DNA of 64,000 nt from Octopus vulgaris. Lineage: Eukaryota. The stretch is taken from assembly GCA_951406725.2 (NCBI GenBank), contig OX597823.1, positions 63,860,001-63,924,000 on the forward strand, given 5' to 3'. A program made the position numbers and the translations under genes. The notes beneath the pieces are model-generated. The model saw only the letters and a list, made by a program, of their open reading frames with translations, was not told the origin of the DNA and did no database searches. Positions 1-14,387 of this stretch are shown here, one piece after another. Every line of letters begins with the position of its first letter. Within the stretch, counting starts at the first letter, position 1.

Positions 1-23
1 GCAGTCTAATGACTGAAACAAGT

Positions 24-64
<41 letters not shown>

Positions 65-1976
65 TGCCATGTTGGACTGCTAAACTAACTATTTTCCCTC
101 ATTCTCTCCCTATTCCTCTTATTCCTTTCTGTCAAAGAGCATAGGCTCAAACTAATAACTTGCTTCTTGTTCCTACACCTGTCTTTGTCTTTTGTCTTTC
201 TATAAACTTGGTTCATTGTGCTACTTCATTCATGCTAGCATCAGTCTTACAAATATATTTTTGAGGTATTGTTTTATAGCTGCATACCCATCCAGTTACT
301 ATTATAACTTATGTTTTCAAGGTGTGTGTGTGTAATTTTGTTTTCAACAATCATGAACTGTTCTGATAATTAGACTTAGATCCCTCCTCATCTTTGTATA
401 TATGAGCATTCACACGCATATCGAATTCTGATTCAACATCATTTTCTCCTCCATTTTTCTATGTTTATGATATATTTATAACGATATATTTATGATATAT
501 TTTTAACGATATCTTTCAACTATTATTTTCATATTCTTATTTCTCGCTCTGGCTGTTTTTCATGAATATGATGAATCTTTATTAAAAATCATTTTTTTCT
601 CTCTTTTCGGATCTCTCAAAAAGTTTGAATTGTTCTTTTTGAACTTATTTTTTCTCATATATTTTATTTTCATATATTTATATGTACACTTTATGTATGT
701 GTGTTAATTCTGATGTAATATCTATAACATTATGAAACAACTGTAAATGAATGGAATAAACATTTACTCTCTCACTTCACATATCTGTTCTATTTAGACA
801 CGCACACATGCATACACACTTGGTTATCCATCAGAAGGAGATTCAGAGCAACACAGAATGTAACAAGGCTGGCTTTTTGAATTACAGGCACAACTCAATT
901 TTGCCAGCTAAGCAGACAGGAGCAACAAGAAATAAAGTGTCTTGCTTAAGGACACAACATGCCACCAGGAACTGAACTCATGTCCTTATGATCATGAGCC
1001 AAATACTCTAACTATGAACCCACATGCCTTCACTTGTTTGGATATAGATGAAGGTTGGTAACAGGAAGCATATGTGGCAGTAGAATATCTGTCTCATACA
1101 ATAATGAAAAGGTGGAAGTTAAAACGATGATGATGGTGGTGGTAATGAACACAACTACCATGCCTTTTCATCTAGCAACCATCACAAGAGTATTTTCTTT
1201 AGTAAGAGAATCAGAAAAAAACTGCTTTTCATTGAATTCTTTACATTCTGAGTTCAAATCCCACTAAAGTCAACTTTGACTTCCATCCCTTCAGGGTTTG
1301 ATAAAGTACCAGTTAAAGCACTGAGGTTGACATAATTAACACCATCCCCTCAAAACAATTGGCTTTGTGTCGAAATTATACATACACACACTGAGCTTCT
1401 TTCAGTTCCTCTTGTCCAAATTCTCTTGCAAGGTTTTGGTTGATCCAGGGCTTTAGAAGATAGTTGCCCAAGGTGCCACAAAACAGGACCGAATTTGAAA
1501 CCACGTGGTTGGGTAGCAAACTCCAGTCACACAACTAAGCCTATCTATGTATTTCTAGTCATTTAATTTTTTATCATCATCAAAACCATTCTGTATTCCC
1601 ACATTCTTCAATCATTATGGGAAATTTCTTTTCCAAATATCTTGCCCATCAGCCAATTGAAAAACCACCTGGGTATCTTAATTTTTTCGATATATTTCGA
1701 ATTACAGATTTCCTGCGCCACTCTTTAGGTTTTGTCAAAAGATCAGCTTCCACACCCATTGAAACTTTTACTGAAAAATAAAACAACACTCCCCTCCTCT
1801 TACCCTCTACCTATAGAGCCATCAGTAGCCTTATCTTATCATGCATTGTATCCCCTTCTCCAACCACTCAAAAACCCTTCCACTCCCTGGTCTTTTGGAT
1901 ATAGCTCTTTAAAAACACTCAATAGCTAACTCCCATTAAAAAAACGCAGTACATGTGAGCCTTTTTAGAAATTATT

Positions 1977-2064
1977 TTCCCTGATGAAGGAGGTGGTGTC
2001 CATTAATGGAGGTAAATATCTTTTATATGACTGGACAGCCGGACACCCAGAAATGGCCGTAGGA
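1977..2064 (+). ncRNA. Degenerate hammerhead-like motif with enlarged stem II
   Basis: tcc CTGATGA agg..ggtgtcc ... ggacacc ca GAA atggccgt a gga. Confidence 0.4.
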
Positions 2065-2181
2065 TTATTAACTAGATTAGTAATCTTATTTTATAGACTC
2101 TTAACTCTTTTTATGATTTTGTTTTATAATCTGTAAGTCAACCTGTATTTATTTTTTCAATATATTTTTAATGCATGCATA

Positions 2182-2386
2182 CTCTTTTTACTCTTTTACT
2201 TGTTTGACTGCAGCCATGCTGGAGCACCGCCTTTAATCAAGCAACTCGACCCCGGGACTTATTCTTTGTAAGCCCAGTACTTATTCTATCGGTCTCTTTT
2301 GCCAAACCACTAAGTGACGGGGACATAAACACACCACCATCGATTGTCAAGCGATGCTAGGGGAACAAACACAGACACACAAACAT

Positions 2387-2417
<31 letters not shown>

Positions 2418-2590
2418 CACACATATATACGACGGGCTTCTTTCAGTTTCTGTCTACCAAATCTACTCACAAGGCTTTGGTTGGCCTGAGGCTATAGTAG
2501 AAGACACTTGACCAAGGTGCCATGCAGTGGGACTGAACCCGGAACCATGTGGTTGGTAAACAAGCTACGTACCACACAGCCACTCCTGCA
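2182..2590 (-). mobile_element. tRNA-derived CORE-type SINE (Octopus OR-like), near full length
   Basis: Head ggagtggctgtgtggta...ggttccgggttcagtccc, CORE-like caccttgg.caagtgtctt, internal (TA)n/(TG)n, (AAAAGAGT)n tail; many copies in the window. Confidence 0.8.
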
Positions 2591-3775
2591 TCTATATATT
2601 TATATATTCTTATATGTATATTTTTAATGTATTGATTACTCTATACATATTTTAATACGTTTGATGTATTGAACATACTTTTGGAGAAATGCATCCACGT
2701 TGTCTTTAGGGTTGAATAAATATAAATGTATATGTGAACTTGATTTGCCCAACTTTGATTCTTACTTCAACATTGTTCTAATGCCTCAGGTTTGAATATC
2801 TTGAGCACTTCAAGGTGATGCCTATGCATTGGAGAAAATTTTTTCCCTTATAATCATGTGTGTGTGTGTGTGTGTGTGTGTTTGTATATATATATATACA
2901 CACACATATAATTTAATATATCCAATCACAAAAGAGCTAGTAGTTTCATGCTTTAAGATACATTCAATTGGCAAATTATATAACATTGCATGTTATAAAT
3001 TTGCCAATTTAATGCATCTTAAACTATGAAACTATTAGTACCTCTGTTATAGTTGCGTATATTAAATGATATCTATCTCTCACTGGACGAGAGTACTTTT
3101 TTTGTTGATCCTACCTATAATATATACATACATATATACATATAAATTTATGTAAATAAGGATAAGGTCATTATTTAAATATTGATCTTATCAAGTGGCC
3201 AGCATGGGAATAAAAACCTTCAAAAGAAATAATCATTATTAAAATTATAATTTAGGGTATCTAAGATATATATACACACACAAACATGCACACACTATAC
3301 TATATATATGTGAGTGTGCATATGTGTATAATGTTTTAAACAGATTGCAGTATTTAAGACCATAGCACTTTAGAAATACGATACAGAATAAAATGAATAT
3401 CAGAAGTAGTACTACAGCTGAAGTGGGCACTCCAACATGGCCTCAAACTGATAACTGAAACCAGTAAACAGTTATATCAGAAGATATTTCGCAATTTATC
3501 CTGAAGTAACATTTCAGAAATGTAATAGCTTGAGAGAGCATTAAACCTGATCTTCAACCTGTTTAGGCCTTATCAGTTTTAGTGAGGTGAGAATTACAAA
3601 TATGCTCTCTCAGTTAGTTTGTGTGTGTGTGTATCCATGCCTTGATGTTACGTGATGTCTAGTCATAGAGAAATATTAATCTCACTGCACAGCACCTCAG
3701 GTAAATATCATAGCACCAGGCCAACTAACGACTTACAAGTGGATCTGACAGATGGAAACTGAAAGAAGCCAGACA

Positions 3776-3811
<36 letters not shown>

Positions 3812-3963
3812 AGTGAGTGAGTGAGTGGTGAGTGAGTGAGAGAGAGAGAGTGAGTGAGTGAGTGAGAGAGAGAGTGAGTGAGTTGTGAGTGAGTGAGTGG
3901 CACTGTGAGTGAGTGACTGCATATGAGTGAGAGTGGTGAGGAGAGGAGAGAGAGAGAGAGAGA
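3776..3963. repeat. Compound (TG)n/(GAGT)n/(GA)n microsatellite
   Basis: Direct inspection. Confidence 0.9.
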
Positions 3964-4011
3964 GGTGTTCGGGAAAGCCTGGTGGAGTGCCCATTCCTCC
4001 CCAGGCTAAAC

Positions 4012-4635
4012 TCAATTCTACAGCTGAGCTAAACTCATTTCTACAGCTGAGTGGACTGGAGCAATGTGTAATGAAGTGTTTTGCTCAAGAACACACTGGA
4101 TCGCCCGGTCCGGGGATTGAAACCACAATCTTATGTTCATGAATCCAACACTCTAACCACTATGCAATGGGCCTCCACTAGTAGTACTCATTTCTACAGC
4201 TGAGTGGACTGGAGCAATGTGGAATGAAGTGGTTTGCTCAAGAACACACTGGATTGCCCAGACCAGGGATTGAAACCTCAATCTTATGTTCATGAATCTA
4301 ACACTCTAACCACTACGCAATGGGCCTCCACTAGTAGTACTCATTTCTACAGCTGAGTGGACTGGAGCAATGTGGAATGAAGTGTTTTGCTCAAGAACAC
4401 ACTGGATCGCCCGGTCCGGAGATTGAAACCACAATCTGATGTTCATGAATCCAACACTCTAACCACTACGCAATGGGCCTCCACTAGTAGTACTCATTTC
4501 TACAGCTGAGTGGACTGGAGCAATGTGAAGTAAAGTGTTTCGCTCAAAAACACAATACATCACCTGATCCAGGTGAAACTATAATCTTACGATTGTGAGA
4601 TCAACTCCCTAACCACTAAGCCATGTGCTTCCACA
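4012..4635 (-). repeat. Tandem array (period 153 bp, 4 copies) of a tRNA-derived SINE head
   Basis: actcatttctacagctgagtggactggagcaatg recurs at 4033, 4186, 4339 and 4492; minus strand shows A/B-box-like gtagtggttagag...ggtttcaatc. Confidence 0.85.
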
Positions 4636-5289
4636 CACATATATACATACATACAGAAACATACAAAGTGATCTGCAGGTGCAACTTTGGCAACAAATAT
4701 TATATAACAGCAGAAAATTACATTACACAATGCCATAGGGAATATTTATCAATTCTAGACATCCATATGTAAAAAGGAAAGCAATTGCTACCCTCTCACA
4801 AGCTAAAAGAAAAAAAGTAAATATAAAAAGGAGTTTAAAACACAAGGGGAAAAATTAAATTTGAGTGAAAATTAATTTAAATTGGGTACAAAATATTATA
4901 TGCAGTACCCTCCAGTTGTTTAACAGAATCTTATAGAAATCTTTAATTCTATTTATCTATCTTCCACTTGCATATTTTCCTTGAAATTACTTTCTATTCT
5001 CCTGACAAATCACAATATATAAATAAACAAACACAACTTATTAGCAATAAACAATCATGTGTGTGTGAGTGTGTGGGACGGGGGTGGCGGAAGCTGTGAG
5101 CAGATACACTATGCATATCAATGAATGTTTCTGAATTTCAAACTGGAGCTAAAATAATTATCTGAACATTTGCAAATCATAGAGAAAGTGTTTGGAATTT
5201 TAAAATTTATCACAAATACACACGGGCTAATAATGAGATTAGTTTAAAATAATATTAGTAAACTTGAACGATGCAATAACAAAGTCATT

Positions 5290-6690
5290 ACAATAATAAT
5301 AATAATAATCCTTACTTCTATAGGCACAAGGCCTGAAATTTTTCAGGAGGAGGAGCTTAGTTGATTAAATCGATCTCAAAAGGATGAAAGGCAAAGTCAA
5401 CTGTGGCAGAATTGGAACTCAGAACGTAAAGATGGAAGAAATGCCATGAAGCATTCTGTCCAGCATGGTTCTGTCAGCTCGCCATCTTAATAATAATAAT
5501 GATTTCAAATTTTGGCACTAGGTCAGCAATTTCAGGGAAGGGGTAAATTGATTCCATTGACCCCAGTGCTCCACTGGTACTTATTTTATCGGTCCCTGAT
5601 GGGATGAAATGCAAAGTTGACCTCGGCAGAATTTGAACTCAGAATGTGATGGCAGGTGAAATGCTGCTAAACAATTTTTCCAGCATGCTAATACTTCTGC
5701 CAGCTCACCATCTCAATAATAATACTAGTTTCAAATCTTGGCATAAAGCCACTAGTTTTCTGTGGGGAGGAGGTTAGTCAATTATAGTGACACCCCAGTA
5801 CTTGACTGGTACTTATTTTATTGAACCTGTAAAGATGAAAGGCAAAGCTGATCTCAGTTGGAATTCATACTAAAAAATGCAAAGCCAGAAGAAATAATGG
5901 TTTAAAATTTTGGAACAAAGCCAGCAAGTTCGGGGTAGAGGGTAAGTTGATTACGCTGACCCCAGCATTCAACTGGTACTTATTTTATCGACCACCCCAA
6001 AAGAAAGAACTGCAAAGTCAACCTTGGCAGAATTTGAACTCAGAATGTAATGAGCCTCAAAAATGTCACTTAGTATTTTGTCCCATGAACTAACAATTCT
6101 GCCAGTTTGTTACTTTGATAATAATCAAAATAATATTAACAGTGGTAATTTTTTTTTACATAGGACATAAGGCCACACATTTGAAGATGGAGACAGTTCT
6201 GTCATCCTCTGTTAGAATCCCATTCATATTGAAGATACTTTGTACCTATTTTACCAATCCCAAATGGGCAAAGTCAACCTCAGTGGAATTCCAACTCAAA
6301 ACATAAAGACGGACAAAATGTTGTGAAGTATTTTGTCTGGTGTACTGACAATTCTTCCTGCTTGTTGCCTCAAAGCTGGAAGATATAGTGGTTTCAAATT
6401 TTGGCACAAGGCCAACAAGCTTGGGGAAGTGAGCAGGTTGATTACATCAAAACCAGTATTCAACTAGTACTTATTTTATCAACCCCCGGAAGGATGAACA
6501 GCAAAGTCAACCTCAGTGGAATTTGAACTCAGAATGTAAAAGCAGCTGAAATGCCACTGATTCTTTTTGTGGTGTGCTAAGCCAGCTCATTGCCTTAAAG
6601 CTGAAAGAAATATTGCTAAATATTTTGTCCAGTGAGGTAATGATTCTGTCAGTTTACCACCTAAACATGTAATGATAATGATAATAATAA
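5290..6690 (-). mobile_element. Cluster of about 6 head-to-tail SINEs with (ATT)n tails and a conserved gactttgcctttcatcc...gataaaataagtaccag domain (MetaSINE-like)
   Basis: Repeated caaagtcaacct.ggcagaatttgaactcagaa and ctggtacttattttatc blocks separated by (TAA)n; further copies at 16360-16580, 25040-25470, 36210-36375, 42060-42180, 49030-49250. Confidence 0.75.
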
Positions 6691-7034
6691 TCATATTTTT
6701 TTAAATATTAAATTTTGAAAGGTCAAACATTTTAAGAAACGAAGGATTGAAAAGAATGTTTGTTTATTACATATAGGTTAACTTGGATAGTTTGGCCATC
6801 AAAGTCAATTCTCTACATACTTAATAATGAGAAATTTCTTTCTTTCATGAAGTTTTTATCAGTGTAGATCTGTGTTTCACAAGTGCAAGCACTAACTAGT
6901 GGTGGTGGAGCAAGAGGCAACCTAATTGCTAATTCTCAAGTTTTAGTGGCGTGATTTCACTTCTTTTCCTCTCAAAACCCAAGATCATATTTTCTGGCAT
7001 TGAAGTTCACATAGTATAGAATGTAAACATTAGT

Positions 7035-7258
7035 ATAACCCTTTAGCATTTAAACCAGTCATATCCAACCAAAATATTCTATCAGTTTTATGTTCAAACT
7101 GTCAAGATCTGGTCTCTTATACCTACCCTACAATATCATTGTAAAAATATACAACTGCATCATCAAAATCTCAAAGCTATGAGATAATCCGTGATTAATT
7201 CAAAATGATGTAAATAAGCATTACATTTGACAGAATAATCTGAATATTAAAGGATTAA
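7035..7258. mobile_element. piggyBac-type MITE, same family as 9336-9563
   Basis: ccctttagcatt...aatattaaagga ttaa; shared internal cctaccctacaa block. Confidence 0.75.
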
Positions 7259-7970
7259 ATATACATTGTTACAATCTTTCCAAATTCTGCAGCAATTCCC
7301 ATGGCATATTTGGTCCTCTTAAGCTGTTTTGATGCATTAAGTTGACCTACCTTTTAAAGCTGTAAATTTTCATCTGAAAAATTTGACTTGTATGCTGGGA
7401 AATATGGCAGTTCTTACCTTGAAATGCATTGCCAGGCTTGACTTCACAGTGTGGAACCTTGGTAAAGCGTCTTTACCCCATAGCTTTGGGTTGGCCAAGC
7501 TTTGAAAGTAAAAATGAGTAGACGGAAACTGTGCAGGAATATGTCAGTTGAACTGTACCTGTTTTTTTGTTGCGACAGATGTAATAATCCATCTGTTCAG
7601 ATTAACACAACCTGAGCATTGGGTTTGGGCATCTTTTTACGTAATTCACACTATGGAAAATATTTAGAGACCCAGTCTATGGTCTGAAGTTAACTTGATC
7701 TTGAGTTTTACTATTTTCTACTCCAAGAGCTCTTATATATTGTATTTCTTCTTTTTACCCACAACAATATTCAAGGATCTGCATGAATCATGCACAATAC
7801 TTTTATGTGGCACTGGCATGGGTGGTACCAGCACCCATGAACCTGCAAGACTAGGATCTATTGGCTGAGAGAGTGATGTAGATGACATACCTGTATGCAT
7901 GGGCAGCCATGATTTTACTGAGCTTTATGATTGGAATTGCTCAAATTGATGTAGACATACACAGATATAA

Positions 7971-8377
7971 ATTACATGGAAAAATGCAAGAGAAATAATA
8001 TTCTTAAGATTATAAGCCTGGAAAATTACAGGACAAGTTATTACTCTTTTAACATAAAGAATTTGCCAGCCATATATACTATTCTACTTTGCATAAAACT
8101 TTAGCTAGATTGGTACTTCTGGCTCTCATTTTTTAAATATTCTAGTGTCAATATTTTAACAAAATGATGGTACCTTTTTTTTAATTATAATGTTACTTTG
8201 TAAATTAAAATCAAATAATTTTATCCTTAGCTGCAATATTTTAAGTAAAAAATTTCTTGTTTTGTACTTTACCAGATGTAATAAGTTGTCCTGAACTTTT
8301 CTAAGTGTAATAACTTGTCCTGTAACTTTCCAGGTTTATAATCTCATATTCCCTTGCTCGCATTTTTTCATGTAACC
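7971..8377. mobile_element. MITE with about 75-bp imperfect terminal inverted repeats
   Basis: ttacatggaaaaatgc...agattataagcctggaaaattacaggacaagttattac versus gtaataacttgtcctgtaactttccaggtttataatct...gcattttttcatgtaa. Confidence 0.75.
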
Positions 8378-9335
8378 CATGTTTTTTTCAAGATATGCTA
8401 TTATGCTAATTAATAATGTGTCAAATATGTCAATTAACAGGTGACACTGATAATTTTTTCTTTACCTCAATGATGCGGTGACATATATTAAAAGTCCATT
8501 TATAGAATTATATTCATTAAAAAGTATAAAATTATATTATCACCCTCAAAGATGAGAAACAAACACTCATATCATTTATCTTTTAAAACCATTTTTTTGC
8601 ATGAGATTGATACCATGAAATTCCTCGAACTGAGCTCTGTAATTAAAATATAGTTTGTTTTTAAAATAAAGTTAATTATACTTAAATCCAATTTTTTGCC
8701 TTATATTTTTTTCATGATATTTTCCTCACAACTTTTTTGATACAAATTTTTGTTGCATGGGAACAAAACTGTGAAATTCTTTATGCTTTCTTCTATCATT
8801 GAAGCTAAGATAAATATATTTTGCTTTCAAAATAAAAAAGTTATTTAGATCTAAACTTGATTGATGGCATCACTTACTCTCCTATAACGTTGCAACAAAT
8901 TTTGATGTAAACTTTTTCCTACGGGTACAAATCTCAGTGTTTTTTATGCCAAAATGTAGCTAGGGTGCAGCCCTCTTCAAAAATATTAAGTTTTCAATTT
9001 GGTTAAGAAGTGAATTAGCAATAAGCTCTGAAAGATGATGTAAGTTGCAGCCTTAAGAATATTATTCAACTACTACCATAGTTGAATGATAGATATATAC
9101 AATGGACTTCTTTCAGTTTCCATCTACTAAATCCATTCATAAAGCTTGTGTTAGCCCAAGGCTACAGTAGAAGACACTTGCCTAAGCTGCCACACAATAG
9201 GACTGAACCTGGAACCATGTGGTTGGGAAGCAAGCTTCTTACCACAAAGCTATGCCTGCACCTATTTATTCACATTTAAAAAAAAAATTAATCCTGCATT
9301 ATCTGGTAACTTCAAGATTTTACTGATATGATTGT

Positions 9336-9563
9336 TTAACCCTTTAGTGTTTAAACCGACCATATCAGACCAAAATTGTCTTCCTGTTTTATGCTCAAAC
9401 CAGCCAGCTCTGACCTCTCACACCTACCCTACAAAGTTATTCTAAAAATATACAGGGACATCATCAAAATCTCAGAGTTACAAAATGCTGTGCAATTAAT
9501 TTAAAACAATCTAATTAAACAGGCTTTACATTTGGCAGATTAATCTGAATGCTAAAGGGTTAA
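9336..9563. mobile_element. Non-autonomous piggyBac-type MITE (about 220 bp)
   Basis: TTAA|ccctttag ... ctaaaggg|TTAA. Confidence 0.8.
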
Positions 9564-12500
9564 GATCAAATAATGGTCAGTTTAAACTCTAAAAAGTTAA
9601 GACAAATGAAGATCAAGCACTCAATAGGAACCAACTGCACTGTTAACAAGTTATGAACATATCTGGTTTTACATTCTACCAAAAATTAACACTATATTGT
9701 GACCTTGGCATAATCTCTGTTGCCTAATTTATGAAGCTAAATAAACACTTAGACACATATAACTATACTCTCAAAAGACAAGTACAACAATATCCTGAAA
9801 ATATAATGCCGTACAGGGTGTTCAGACTACCCTGCATCACCAAAAAAAAAAAAAAAAAATTCAGAGATAAGGCTGCAGATTCCAGCCTTACTAACTCTAA
9901 AGACTGTTGTATGATATAGACCATCACCATCATGATAAATAAATAACACAGAATACTTTTGATCACTCATGCTCTGAATATGTCTTACCTCGAATCTGCT
10001 GGCCACTACCAGAATTTACAGGTGTACATAAGTAGACTGGATAGTGGTGACAGTGCAACGTATCCAAGCCATTATCCTCAGCAAAGCAGTGTCCTGGGTA
10101 AGATTTTAAACTGGAACTGGTTGTGGGGCCGCGTTACAGGAATTCTAGGGTTTTGAGGAGTGTGGAACCACTTGTTAGTTACTATTGGTTTCAGGTCTAC
10201 TCTGACCTGGAGTAGTAGCACCTGCTGGGGTCCCAGCTATGGTTTAACTAGTATGTGTACCACATGCTTCAAACCCAGACTACATCTGCTCTGAAAATTA
10301 ACGGTGACTTGGTCATCAAATCCACTGTGATGGTTGACAACAAACAGCAAGCTGAGTTGCTACAGCCAACAATATCACAAAATATGTATGCATGTATGGA
10401 AAGGACTACATGTGAACTTGTATTCCTACTGAAACGCTGAACATGAACTCTGCACTTCAACAACAAATGACTAATGCTATGATGTTTGTGCTGTCTGATG
10501 TGCTTACTTTCCCAGTGGATGTATTTATTTGTCAAATTTGCAAGTGGGATTTTTGGGCTCCAGTTAAGAGCATTACTTTGCCTGCTAGAATGTTAGGGTT
10601 GACTGTCAGATGTGGTCAGCATTTGTGAGGGACGTGGTAAACTCGTTTATCAGAGCAGGCTCAATCCTGGATGGATGCCACTGCAAATATAAGTCTTATA
10701 ACAAAAAACACAGATCACCAGATTGTGCCTGGTTGTGATTAAAAACCTGTATGATATAGGTGTCTGCTCAGTAAGAACAGAACTGGCCTAAGCAATAACA
10801 CAAAATGTTTATCAACAATGTTGTTGTTTGAACAGTTAGAAATAGCAGCAAAATTTCTCTCAAAATACATCCAAACATCTTTGGAAGAAGGGCATATGTA
10901 TTACTACAGTCCTCCAGAGCAGAGGACTACAAAAACATATATACCCTTTTTCAAAGTTGAACCACCACATAACAAATCAATGAGTCACAATACGGTAGAT
11001 GTGGCTCTTTATTTTTGACAAAGCCATGAGGAAGGCAGCTCTTCTAGAACAGAGATACACTGACATAAAAACTAAGTCAAAATTATACTAGTCATCTTGC
11101 AATGCTTGTCACTGGAACCTACTATTGTGACCGAGAGAGTGGCAAAAGTGTTGTAAAGGATTTTGTCACTTAAATCCAATGCAGTACAGATGTCTCACAA
11201 TATGAGATAGCTATCTGACAGGATGAGGCCTTCATCGATATAATCTTATATAAGTGCATGCACACACAAATGCAGTATGGGTAAAAAGTTCAGTTCCACA
11301 TGAATTAGGTACAGTTTCCTCACATGGTACTTTGGACAAGCCAAACAACGCTGCTTGCAAGTGAATTTGTTTGACAAACTATACAAACTATTATATCCAT
11401 ATCTGTATATCCTCTCTATATCTCTCTCTCATGTATACATACATACATAATTTATATGCTACCAGTGATCATGATATCTAGGACTATAAAAATATGCAAA
11501 GGATGATGGTTAACACAAGATGCTTTCCTTCAAAACCTTGCTACCAAGTAGGTGGCCAGTAAATATTTATTTTAAATTAAAAAGAGAAGGAGAACAAACG
11601 AACATGTGTATGTACTTACATACATATAAGGTACCTGAAATGTAACGATATTAATTTCCAGCTGTCTTGACAGAAAAGTCAAGCCTTTTCATTTCATATT
11701 GTCTGGGTGAAAAAATTTGTAAATCTGTTGTTGGACAAAACAGTAGTTTCTAGTCACATAGCATGAAGATTACTACCAACCAGCTTCTAGTAATTTTAAA
11801 CAGTAAACATTCAGCTTCATATTATGAGTTTGTGTGTTGCTGCTTTTTAGCTAAATTGCTGCCTATGTGTATGCACTCTGCTATTGGTGGTGCTGAGACA
11901 AATCATAATTAATGAGTCAACAGCCACCATGTGTGTGTGTGTGTGTGTGTATATGTCTGTGTATAAAAGGGTAAAGACCCCCTTTGGTCAAATGACCATG
12001 GGATTGCACCTTAGAAAGTTCTCCAAGGTACAAATCTGAGCACGGTTGTTTATGGAAGACCAGCAGTTTCCCATGCATACCAGCCTCCCCGCTCCATACC
12101 ACCAAGGGAAAGGTCAATACAGCTTAGCACCTCATTTCTGCAGCTGAGTGAAGTGAGGCAACATGAAATAAAATGTCTTCCTCAAGAACACAAAATACGG
12201 ACCGATCCAGGAATCAAACTCACTACCACCTGATTGTGAGCCTGGCACTCTAACCACTGAGCCATGTGTCTTGTTCACTTTCTGTAACTGTGTGCAAAAC
12301 GGCTGAGTTATATGAGATTTATCTGTTGTTTCCTTGTGAACAAATAATCCCGTGGCTCTACACTTCTAAAGAAACATAAATAAATATAATTCCCTTACTT
12401 GAAAGCAGTAAGCATTTATGAAGAAAGGGTATCTGACTGTAATTAAAAATGCATCAACATGTAACTAGCTAATCCATCCTCGCATGGCAAAAATAAATGA

Positions 12501-12680
12501 ACTGATTACATAGTAGGGGCCTGTAGTTTCAATCTCTCAAAGTATAGATCAAACTGAGTCTGTATCGGTGAAAGATTCTCAAACTGTTGAAGAGTTTGGA
12601 ACCAGCTGTATGTAATGCTATGATTGTGCCTATAATGAACTATTTAATAGTGCACGCTACCCTTGAAACTATATAAATGT

Positions 12681-12732
<52 letters not shown>

Positions 12733-13624
12733 GGGGGGGGGAAAGATTAATTTTTCTTTCTTAGGAAAAAAAAAAATTAATAGATGTAAATTAAAAATTA
12801 TTTCTCAAACATTTTTAGTCTTGAAAACGAAAATTAATTTTTATCAATGTTAAATGTTCACTGAACAGAAAAAATGCAGTTAAAAACAATGTTAATAGTT
12901 TTAAAAAATTACATTTTATTAGGTGTTAAAAATTTGTAAAACATTTTGGGTTTATGTTTTGTTGAGTTATCAAATATATAATATGCTGCTAGAAAGTTAA
13001 TTTCACGTTAAGTAATTTAAGGGAATTATTCCACAAAAGATAAACTTCATCTAGTTGGATAATAATTTGTTTTCTTAGTACATTTGTCCACTCTGGGTAT
13101 TTCTATATCAAACTCCTTGAAGATTATTGTTAGTTACAGGGAGATTTTTTTAATACTATGTGATGAGAGATACAGTTCTCAAAATAGAATGATCTGCAGC
13201 AGCAGGTGTACTATAAGGGAAGATTGTAAATACTTACTAAATAACATGTAGTGGAAGTAGACAATTCATTCTTTCAGTGTTAGGATGTGACATCATAGCC
13301 TCAAATAATTTATATGCTTATTTGTTGAGCACTTTGATGAAAAGCTAACAATGATGTACAAGGTGTTTGGACTAAATCTGACAATATTTTGTTTCCTTTC
13401 TTCAGGAACAGATTGATGTACTGGTGAACAGTTAACAACATTTAAGAGCATAAAGATTAAAGATGTAGTCAAAGAGGTAGTTGACGTGGAGGATTGGAAG
13501 CCATCTGAACATTGGAAAACAGTTACCTGTATCATGACTGCTGCTCAATGCTCCATGAACACTGTAAAAGCTGTCAGACATGACATGGAGTCCACAAAAA
13601 CTAAGTTCTGCCAAACTGCGGTTG

Positions 13625-13795
13625 CACTGAGGTTCAACTCAGACGGCTATGTGACGCTGCTGGAGACTTTAGTCAAACTCTGGTTGGAGAGGGTTGCTGC
13701 TGGAAAGCCATATGTATGGCAGCAAGATTCGACCCCTTACCATACTGCCAGAAAAAGTCAGATGTGGTTATCAGAGAATTTACCAGGTTCCAGAG
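13625..13795 (+). mobile_element. Tc1/mariner transposase fragment
   Basis: LRFNSDGYVTLLETLVKLWLERVAAGKPYVWQQDSTPYHTARKSQMWLSEN, with the QQD.AP.H catalytic-D motif. Confidence 0.85.
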
Positions 13796-14387
13796 CTATC
13801 TTTGGCCATGGTTAAAGCTGAGGACAGCTACTTTGAGTAAACTGTTATCCCCCAGCCACAATTTAGTTGATAATTTATGATTTTTTTAAATACTTTATTT
13901 TTCAATAGAATGTTTTTTTTCTTCCTTTTATGCAAACTGTCAAATTTAGCCTGAACACCCTGTAACTGTCAAGTATGTGTGGCTTATTAACAACTGTATC
14001 CATCATAACATAATAACTGAATTTAAGCCAGCAAATGTAGTATATCGCAAAACTTCTGATGAACTGGCTCTAATAAAAAACACTAGATGTATGTATGCAT
14101 TTATATATATATATATATATATATATATCATCATGTAACGCCTGTTGTCCATGCGGGCATAGGTTGGATGGTTTGACTGGGCTGGCATGCTGCGCCAAGA
14201 TCCAGTCTGATTTGGCATGGTTTTCTATGGCTGAATGCCCTTCCTAATGCCAACCACTGAGAGTGTAATGGGTGATTTTACATGCCACCGGCATGAGTGC
14301 CATTTGCAGTATCTACCTCAATTGCAATTTTGCTCGGCTTGATGGGTCTTCTTTTCAAGCACGACATAATGCCAAAGGTCTTGGTCA

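Noticed and set aside
13385-13480. Strong plus-strand acceptor (ttcctttcttcag) and possible exon
   Set aside because: Stops within 10 codons in all frames and no partner exon found; it could be a non-coding or terminal exon but is unsupported.
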